Shown here: piece by piece, positions 1 to 6,097 of the stretch | Layout of the letters: every line of letters starts with the position of its first letter | Numbering within the stretch: position 1 is the stretch's first letter | Assembly (NCBI GenBank): GCA_037147375.1 | Contig: JBAWVI010000029.1 | Span: 1 to 10,136, forward strand | Reading direction: 5' to 3' | Source of the DNA: an archaeon | GTDB lineage: Archaea > Iainarchaeota > Iainarchaeia > Iainarchaeales > CSSED10-239 | Length of the DNA: 10,136 nucleotides | The notes under the pieces: generated by a model | What the model was told of the DNA's origin: nothing | The model's database searches: none | The model's input: the letters and a program-made list of their open reading frames with translations, nothing else | Position numbers and translations under genes: made by a program

Positions 1-327
1 CTCATCAGTTATATCGTAACCTGTACCAATTTCTGTTCCAGAATAATCATATACGTGTAACATATATGTTCCACCTTCTCCAATCTTTGACCAATTAACA
101 GTAATTGCTCCGGTTGCTGCACACACACCAGGAACTATACTAACAATTGATGGAGCTTGTGGTTGATCTAATGCTTGTTGTGCCTTTGTTGCTTGATCTA
201 TAGCTGTGTCTCTTGACTGTCCGCCCATTCCAACTAATAAAGCGATAACGATTACAGCAATTAAAACAGCACCACCAATTAACAAAAGGTATTCAAGTGC
301 TCCTTGTCCTTTAATTTTTTTCATCAT
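1..327 (-). CDS. Class III signal-peptide (archaeal type IV pilin-like) protein with extended C-terminal domain; 3'-partial, continues beyond the window start
   Basis: Not in the ORF track because there is no stop in the window. Hand translation of the reverse complement from the ATG at 327: MMKKIKGQGALEYLLLIGGAVLIAVIVIALLVGMGGQSRDTAIDQATKAQQALDQPQAPSIVSIVPGVCAATGAITVNWSKIGEGGTYMLHVYDYSGTEIGTGYDITDE... It has a short basic N-terminus and KG|QGALEYLLL, which fits the QxSxExxxL-like class III motif with Glu at +5, followed by a roughly 20-aa hydrophobic helix. GGTGA (complement of 334-338) lies 6 nt upstream of the ATG. The reading frame stays open through position 1. Confidence 0.8.
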   Translation of the reverse strand, partial: MMKKIKGQGALEYLLLIGGAVLIAVIVIALLVGMGGQSRDTAIDQATKAQQALDQPQAPSIVSIVPGVCAATGAITVNWSKIGEGGTYMLHVYDYSGTEIGTGYDITDE

Positions 328-492
328 TTTATTTCACCTATTTTTTTGTTTCTTTTTTTATTTTATTTTTTTTGTTTTTAAATTTATTTGCTTTTTTATT
401 ATAATCTTACTTGAAGATATAATAATTATTTACTATATATAAGAACATCAGATTTATATATATTTCTGTTTAGGAAAGTTAACTATTCTCCT
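328..492 (-). promoter_or_regulatory. Promoter region and A-rich 5' leader for the larger pilin gene
   Basis: This is the only long spacer (165 nt) in the minus-strand array. Read on the minus strand, it has several TATA-like boxes (ATATATATAAA, TTATATATAG, ATTATAATAAAAAAG), then a roughly 75-nt strongly A-rich tract ending in AGGTGAAATAAAATG. Confidence 0.4.
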
Positions 493-678
493 TTATTTTA
501 TTGCATCATCCTGTATTGTGTTTACTTTACCAACATTCTTTGCAGATACTTGCTTTAAGTAAAATCCAACCGCGATTGCAGCAAGAGCAACAATTCCAAG
601 TATAATTAAAAACTCTAAAGAGATTTGTGCTCTTTCTTCCTTTATTATTTTTTTAAATTTATTTATCATAAATATCAT
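493..678 (-). CDS. Small class III signal-peptide pilin (Flp-sized, PF04021-like)
   Basis: MIFMINKFKKIIKEERA|QISLEFLIILGIVALAAIAVGFYLKQ... carries a QxSxE motif with Gln +1, Ser +3 and Glu +5, then a hydrophobic helix and a short polar tail. The true start is probably the second ATG at 669 (MINKF...), preceded by GGATGAT at SD distance. The gene sits 12 nt downstream of the TadC-like gene. Confidence 0.8.
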   Translation of the reverse strand: MIFMINKFKKIIKEERAQISLEFLIILGIVALAAIAVGFYLKQVSAKNVGKVNTIQDDAIK

Positions 679-690
679 CCATTTACTACT

Positions 691-1584
691 TCAAACCATT
701 CCAGCAAGCATGCTTCTTAAAACTGCTTGTGCAACTAAATACACAGTGTATGCAATAGTAATCATTACCGGAAAGAAAACATACATTGGACTTAGTTTAC
801 CTTCTCTCATGATACTAATCATTGCAGATGCTGCGAAAACCTCTAAGATTATATAAATATCCAATAACATAAAAATGGTTTCTTGAGTTTTTAGAGCAAC
901 CACAAGTGATGCAGCAGATGCAATACCTGTGCTTGTTGCAACATTTGTTAAAAACTCAGTTATTACTCTTGTAAGCCCAAAAATGAAAGGAGCAACTACA
1001 GCACCAGCAGCAACAATAAATATTGATTGAAGCATGGTTTTTGTTTGTCTTTCCTTTTTAATTCTATAAATATATTTAGTATCATTTGCAATTTCTTCAA
1101 GAACATCTGCAAGTGGTGCACCTGTTCTTAATGATTCTTGAACTAATGTAACTGTTCTTCTATCTACTTTTGATTCAACTCTATAAGATAAGAAATAAAG
1201 AGCTTTAATTGTTGTGTCACCCATTTCTATTCTTCTAATAACTTCATTAATTTCAAATGAAAGAGGACCAAAATCAGCAACACAAACTTCTCTTAATGCA
1301 TAATCAAAAGAAGATCCTGCTTTCATAGTGTCTGCAATTAATTTTAATGCGTCTGGCCAATATCTTTCAATTTCTTTAATATGCTTATCATATAGATAAA
1401 TAGGAATACCATATCCTAAATCAAGTATTACTACAAATAATAAGAATCCAATCTTTGGACTAATTAAGTAACCTATTGCACCTAATACAAGTGAAAATCC
1501 AAAAATCATTAATAACCAGTATAATGCTGGTATCTTGATCTTTTGTCCATAAAGATATATTTGATATCTTTCTAAAAACTTCAT
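691..1584 (-). CDS. Type II secretion system F-domain membrane protein (TadC/FlaJ-like pilus platform subunit)
   Basis: 297 aa. An N-terminal TM pair is followed by a cytoplasmic T2SSF-like helical domain (YWPDALKLIADTMKAGSSFDYALREV...GPLSFEINEVIRRIEMGDTTIKAL...LRTGAPLADVLEEIA) and C-terminal TM helices. There is a 4-nt gap to the upstream TadB-like gene, and GTGAT lies 3 nt before the ATG. Confidence 0.8.
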   Translation of the reverse strand: MKFLERYQIYLYGQKIKIPALYWLLMIFGFSLVLGAIGYLISPKIGFLLFVVILDLGYGIPIYLYDKHIKEIERYWPDALKLIADTMKAGSSFDYALREVCVADFGPLSFEINEVIRRIEMGDTTIKALYFLSYRVESKVDRRTVTLVQESLRTGAPLADVLEEIANDTKYIYRIKKERQTKTMLQSIFIVAAGAVVAPFIFGLTRVITEFLTNVATSTGIASAASLVVALKTQETIFMLLDIYIILEVFAASAMISIMREGKLSPMYVFFPVMITIAYTVYLVAQAVLRSMLAGMV

Positions 1585-1588
1585 ATAA

Positions 1589-2731
1589 TCACATCTTTGG
1601 TTCTATCATTTTGATATAAAATATTAAAAATAAAAATATTATTGGTAATGCAACAATGTAAATTAAAGTTAATGTTGTTGGAGTCATTACTCCAGGAAGG
1701 AATAAAGCCCCATCCTGCCCTAAAGGTGAGTTTGCAATTGCACCTAAAATTGCTGCAAATACAGGAAGAACAATTGCCATGAAAATAAAAATAATTCCAA
1801 AAAAATTCATTTTTTCTCCAAATACTTTAGCAGATTCCATTAAATCAAATGAAACCGTGTCTGCAACACCATTAATTGTTTCTGCAAGATTTCCACCTGT
1901 ATTTAATGTTCTTACTATGTGGAATAAAGCAATATTATAATTTTTAGATTGACTTCTAATTGCAGCATGTCTTAATGCTGTTTTTGTGTCAGTTCCGTTT
2001 TCAATCTCGATTATTGTTCTACTCATTTCTTCTGAAAGAACACCATAATCATTCTTTGCAACTGATTGTAAAACTTTGTAAAGACCAATACCAGCTTGAA
2101 GTTCAGTTGCTATGTGACGAAGTGCATAAGGTAATTCAACATCAATATAAACTCCACGCATTTTAGCTTTCTGCATAGGAAGTACATATGCAAGTATAAA
2201 TATTAATAAAACAAAAAGACCAAAGAAAATAAATGGGATAGTAATAAGTAAAAGTGGTTTATAAAAACCAAATAATAAAAGTAATAATGCAGAAATAAAT
2301 CCAGATATTAATAAAGAAAATAAAATTGAGAAAACAAGATGTTGAACAAGTGTTTTCTTAATGTTTGCAGATGTTAAATAAAATGAAATCTTTTTTCCAA
2401 TTGAATTTTTTGCAATAAATACAACTATTGAATTAATAAGTGATTTAAATGGGCCATAAAACTTAACTAAACTTTTTTCAAGAGATGAATCTGAACCAGA
2501 AATTAGTTTGGATTCAGTATCAACATCAAGGTTAGATAGCTTACCTTCAGAAATTATATCTCTTAATTCCTTTAAGTGTCCTTCAGAAATATTACCTCCA
2601 ACTCCTTGTGCATCAGATCTTTTTTTCATTTTATTAACTATGTTTTGAACTACATCAAGATCTACATCACTCTTTTTGCTAGTTGCTTTTTGAGTATCTT
2701 CTTTTAGTCTAGTTAATTTTTTATCTTCCAT
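1589..2731 (-). CDS. Type II secretion system F-domain membrane protein (TadB/FlaJ-like) with a roughly 125-aa polar N-terminal extension
   Basis: T2SSF-like core: ELPYALRHIATELQAGIGLYKVLQSVAKNDYGVLSEEMSRTIIEIENGTDTKTALRHAA...LNTGGNLAETINGVAD, flanked by TM helices. The ORF track begins at GTG 2737. I prefer ATG 2731 (MEDKK...) because GAGTG lies just upstream, whereas nothing SD-like precedes the GTG. Confidence 0.8.
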   Translation of the reverse strand: MEDKKLTRLKEDTQKATSKKSDVDLDVVQNIVNKMKKRSDAQGVGGNISEGHLKELRDIISEGKLSNLDVDTESKLISGSDSSLEKSLVKFYGPFKSLINSIVVFIAKNSIGKKISFYLTSANIKKTLVQHLVFSILFSLLISGFISALLLLLFGFYKPLLLITIPFIFFGLFVLLIFILAYVLPMQKAKMRGVYIDVELPYALRHIATELQAGIGLYKVLQSVAKNDYGVLSEEMSRTIIEIENGTDTKTALRHAAIRSQSKNYNIALFHIVRTLNTGGNLAETINGVADTVSFDLMESAKVFGEKMNFFGIIFIFMAIVLPVFAAILGAIANSPLGQDGALFLPGVMTPTTLTLIYIVALPIIFLFLIFYIKMIEPKM

Positions 2732-2748
2732 ATGCACTCAAGTTTAAT

Positions 2749-4533
2749 TTAATTATATACTACTTTAACATAACTATTTTGTATGATTTTAGAAACATCC
2801 TTTAAACCTCTTATTTTATTATTAACCATATCATTTAAAATCCTTATCCTTGACTCAATTATCTTTTTTACATCTAATTCTGATAAATTTGTGTAGCTTT
2901 TTATAGTATCAAAGTAATGGATTGGTAATTCTGTTCTTTCAAGTTGATCTGTTTGTGGATTCCATTGGAATACAATGTTTGCTTTTGGATCATTATCAAG
3001 CACACCTGTAACTTCTGCAATAGCAGTAATTCTTCTAACTTGTCCTTTAGGTGTTGACATTCTTTTTTGAATAATTATAAAATCAAGTCCAGCAAGCATA
3101 AGCATAGGAACATTCATTGGAGGTGAAGTTAATCTTACAAGTGTTTCTCTTGCGGAATTTGCGTGAACAGTACCCATACATCCATCGTGTCCTGTGTTCA
3201 TAGCAGTGAATAATGCATTAGCTTCTTTATGACGAATTTCTCCAACAATTATTCTATCTGGTCTCATTCTTAATGTGTTTTTAGTTAATATTTCTAAACT
3301 TAATTCACCTTTACCTTCAACTCCAGGTGGTCTACCTTCAAATCTAATTAAATGAGTTAATGGTAATTGCAATTCAGCAGTGTCTTCAATTGTTAGTATT
3401 CTATCTTTTTCAGGAATAAAGTTTGCTAAAACATTTAATAAAGTTGTTTTTCCAGAACCTGTTCCTCCAGAGATTAATATGTTTGCGGGTTTTGCACCAA
3501 AACCTTCAACTACTGACCATAAAAATGCAGCAACTTCTATGTTTATTGTTTTATAATTTATTAAATCTACAATTGTGTATGGATCAGCTTTAAACTTTCT
3601 AATTGTAACTGTTGCACCATCAATTGATGCTGGTGGAATTGTTGCATTAACACGAGAACCATCTGGAAGTCTTGCATCAAGAATTGGGTTTGAAATATCA
3701 ACTTGACGACCAAGTGTTCTAGCAATCTTATCAATTATCTCTTCAATTTCATCATCTGTATTAAAAGAAATATTTGTGGTTAACATTCCATATTCTGAAT
3801 GATAAACATAAACTGGTTTTTTTGGACCAACAATCATAATTTCTTCAAGCTTATCGTCTTGAAGTAAGGGTTCAATTATTCCATATCCAGTCATTTCTTT
3901 AACAACAGCATCTGCATAAAAATCATACATGTGCTTTGGAATATTTATTTCTGAAGCATTTTCTAAAATTTCAATGATTTTTTGATAATAAATATTTCTT
4001 CTCTGAATTGGATCTCTAATCTTATAAGGATCCGATGAAATTAATCTAGTTGCTGCTTCTTTTAATGTATTTATAATTAGTTTTTGTGATGCATTTGGTT
4101 TTGGAATTGGAATTTTATAATGAAGAAGTTGTTCTTCATCTATTCTATAAATTTCTGTTTGTCCATACTTTGTAATTATTGTTGACTTTTTACCTGATAA
4201 ATAATCCTCATAATTTGTTAGTTCATCGAGCTTGTCCATTTTTGAGGTTTGGTTTATTCTTTTTGTAACTAAATCTTTAATAGAGGTTAGTTGTCCCATA
4301 TCCTTTATTTCTTCTTTTTGGATTTCAGGAGTAGGCATTGCACTCATATTCTGAACTGGCTTTACTTCAGGTGTTGAATCAATTGAAATTATTTTTTGTT
4401 TAAAATCAGAGGTTGATTCTGAAGTCTGTTCTTGTTTTACAGGTATAGTTGCTGATACTGGGATAGGTATGCCTGTATCTTTTGGTTTATTGTATTTTGT
4501 TACTAATTCATCTAAATATGTTGGCAATTTCAT
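2749..4533 (-). CDS. Type II/IV secretion system ATPase (archaeal FlaI/ArlI-TadA/CpaF-EpdL-like pilus assembly ATPase)
   Basis: 594 aa. Motifs seen: Walker A ILISGGTGSGKTTLLN (about 3443-3472), Asp box RILTIEDTAEL, Walker B RPDRIIVGEIR, His box NTGHDGCMGTVHANS. AAGGTGA lies immediately upstream of the ATG. The N-terminal 110 aa or so are low-complexity P/T/S/E/K-rich. Confidence 0.9.
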   Translation of the reverse strand: MKLPTYLDELVTKYNKPKDTGIPIPVSATIPVKQEQTSESTSDFKQKIISIDSTPEVKPVQNMSAMPTPEIQKEEIKDMGQLTSIKDLVTKRINQTSKMDKLDELTNYEDYLSGKKSTIITKYGQTEIYRIDEEQLLHYKIPIPKPNASQKLIINTLKEAATRLISSDPYKIRDPIQRRNIYYQKIIEILENASEINIPKHMYDFYADAVVKEMTGYGIIEPLLQDDKLEEIMIVGPKKPVYVYHSEYGMLTTNISFNTDDEIEEIIDKIARTLGRQVDISNPILDARLPDGSRVNATIPPASIDGATVTIRKFKADPYTIVDLINYKTINIEVAAFLWSVVEGFGAKPANILISGGTGSGKTTLLNVLANFIPEKDRILTIEDTAELQLPLTHLIRFEGRPPGVEGKGELSLEILTKNTLRMRPDRIIVGEIRHKEANALFTAMNTGHDGCMGTVHANSARETLVRLTSPPMNVPMLMLAGLDFIIIQKRMSTPKGQVRRITAIAEVTGVLDNDPKANIVFQWNPQTDQLERTELPIHYFDTIKSYTNLSELDVKKIIESRIRILNDMVNNKIRGLKDVSKIIQNSYVKVVYN

Positions 4534-4543
4534 TCACCTTAAT

Positions 4544-5542
4544 TTAATTATTTTTATTTATGTGGTTTATTAATATTATTTGTGCTAAAAGTGCTTCAAG
4601 TTGTATTCTATCATTTGCACCTTCAACTAATCTGAAATTTATTTCTGCAATCTTATCAATTATTTGTATTTTATGCTTAATATTTAACTTATCTTCAGGA
4701 TAAGAAACTATCTTTTTGTATAATTGACTAATTATATCCTCTCCAGACAACCCTTGATCAAATAATAGGGTTTCTAAATACTTTCTAGATTCAAGGAAGT
4801 TACCTGCAAGGCAAGCATCAATTAAATTTAAAATATCTTTTGGTTGTGCTGCATTTGATACACTATAGATTGTTTCCTTCTTGATGTGATCAGTTGTTGA
4901 TGCTGCACTTTGAAGATAATTAAGAGCTGATCTCATATCCCCTTCACAAATATCATAAATTGCATTTATTGCATCTACATCAATTTTAATATTTTCTAAT
5001 TTTACAACTTCATTTATTTTTTCAGTTACTTCTTCCTTTGATAATGGTTTAAATTTAAATAAAGAACATCTGCTTTGAATTGGAGATATTAATTTTGATG
5101 CATAATTTGCATTTAAAATAAATCTAACAGTCCCAGTATATTTTTCCATAGTTCTTCTTAATGCTTGCTGAGCATCAACAGTTAAAGCATCTGCTTCATC
5201 TAAAAAAATTATTTTAAAATCAGCACCTAAAGGAATTGTCATTGCAAATTCCTTTATTTCTCCTCTAACTATACCGATTCCTCTTTCATCAGATGCATTA
5301 AGTTCTAAAAAATCCTGATTAAAGGTAGGACCAAATAACTCTCTTGCTAAAGCAACTGCACAACAGGTTTTTCCAACACCAGGAGGACCAGAGAATAACA
5401 TATTAGGAATGGATCTTTTTTCAACATATTTCTTTAATCTTTCTGTTATGTGTTTCTGACCAACTACATCTACTAACCTTTTTGGTCTGTATTTCTCAGT
5501 CCAAGGAAATGTATTTTCGTTCTTTTGGGTCATAAATATCAC
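4544..5542 (-). CDS. rfcS: Replication factor C small subunit (clamp loader)
   Basis: Motifs seen: PWTEKYRPKRLVDVVGQ (RFC box II), Walker A SGPPGVGKT, Walker B IIFLDEADALT, the FILNANY sensor region, and the SRC motif PIQSRCSLFKF. At 332 aa it has no intein. The start may be the second ATG at 5533 (MTQKN...), preceded by GTGAT. Confidence 0.93.
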   Translation of the reverse strand: MIFMTQKNENTFPWTEKYRPKRLVDVVGQKHITERLKKYVEKRSIPNMLFSGPPGVGKTCCAVALARELFGPTFNQDFLELNASDERGIGIVRGEIKEFAMTIPLGADFKIIFLDEADALTVDAQQALRRTMEKYTGTVRFILNANYASKLISPIQSRCSLFKFKPLSKEEVTEKINEVVKLENIKIDVDAINAIYDICEGDMRSALNYLQSAASTTDHIKKETIYSVSNAAQPKDILNLIDACLAGNFLESRKYLETLLFDQGLSGEDIISQLYKKIVSYPEDKLNIKHKIQIIDKIAEINFRLVEGANDRIQLEALLAQIILINHINKNN

Positions 5543-5660
5543 TATTAATATTAAATTTATTATATATTATATCTATTTTACACTTAAAATAATAGCCCAA
5601 TATATTTATAACCCTTTTTATTGTTCTATATATATAATACTTATTTAAAAGGAAAATTAT
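5543..5660. promoter_or_regulatory. Divergent promoter region between rfcS (-) and the membrane protein gene (+)
   Basis: 118-nt AT-rich spacer between divergent genes, with multiple TATA-like elements on both strands (TTAATATTAAATTTATTATATATTATA, TATATTTATA, CTATATATATAATA). Exact boxes and transcription start sites cannot be assigned from sequence. Confidence 0.4.
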
Positions 5661-6059
5661 ATGAATAAAGAAAGAAGAAATAAAGTTATGAAGTTTAGTT
5701 TATGGTTAATTATATCTTTTGTAGTATCTCAAGGTTTAATATATTTATTAACTAAAGAAAACTTTTTTACAACTCCAATGTACATATTTTTGCCAATTGT
5801 TGGATTTATTGGATTATATTATTTAACACCTATACTTGAGAAGTATATAGATTATAAAAATAAATATAAAATTGCATTAATTTTTGCAGTTGCTGGTGTA
5901 TTTGCATTTTACATCGCAGTACTATTTTATGCTTGGCAAATTAAAGTATTAAATCCAACTTGGCCAATGCAATTACAATTTTTCAATGTATTTTTAGATT
6001 CTGCATTCCTTGAATTCATAATTTCCGGGGTACTTGGAATTATTTTCTCTGAAAAATAA
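5661..6059 (+). CDS. Hypothetical small integral membrane protein (about 4 TM helices)
   Basis: 132-aa ORF with four hydrophobic segments (WLIISFVVSQGLIYLL, MYIFLPIVGFIGLYYL, IALIFAVAGVFAFYIAVLFYA, FLEFIISGVLGIIF). AAGGA lies 8 nt upstream. I recognise no family. Confidence 0.6.
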   Translation: MNKERRNKVMKFSLWLIISFVVSQGLIYLLTKENFFTTPMYIFLPIVGFIGLYYLTPILEKYIDYKNKYKIALIFAVAGVFAFYIAVLFYAWQIKVLNPTWPMQLQFFNVFLDSAFLEFIISGVLGIIFSEK

Positions 6060-6068
6060 TTTCAAACT

Positions 6069-6080
6069 ATTTCTTTTTTT
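6069..6080 (+). terminator. Oligo-T tract (possible archaeal terminator or attenuation point) after the small membrane protein gene
   Basis: ATTTCTTTTTTT lies 10 nt after the stop at 6059. Archaeal RNA polymerase terminates at oligo-T runs. mtaB starts only 18 nt further on, so read-through is plausible. Confidence 0.35.
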
Positions 6081-6097
6081 AGTTAAAGGTAGTATTT

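Noticed and set aside
1-180. Higher G+C in the pilin gene (69 of 180 by hand count, about 38 percent), hinting at horizontal acquisition
   Set aside because: A 60-nt sample of the conserved ATPase core (3121-3180) gives a similar value of 24 of 60. The very low values elsewhere come from membrane proteins and spacers. The difference reflects Gly/Ala-rich composition rather than foreign origin.
206-442. 78-aa plus-strand ORF from the track
   Set aside because: It is antisense to the well-supported pilin gene (1-327) and then runs through the T-rich spacer, giving a Phe/Ile low-complexity translation. It has no SD and is a shadow ORF.
1960-2166. 68-aa plus-strand ORF
   Set aside because: It lies entirely inside, and antisense to, the conserved T2SSF domain of the TadB-like gene. 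It has no motif and no SD.
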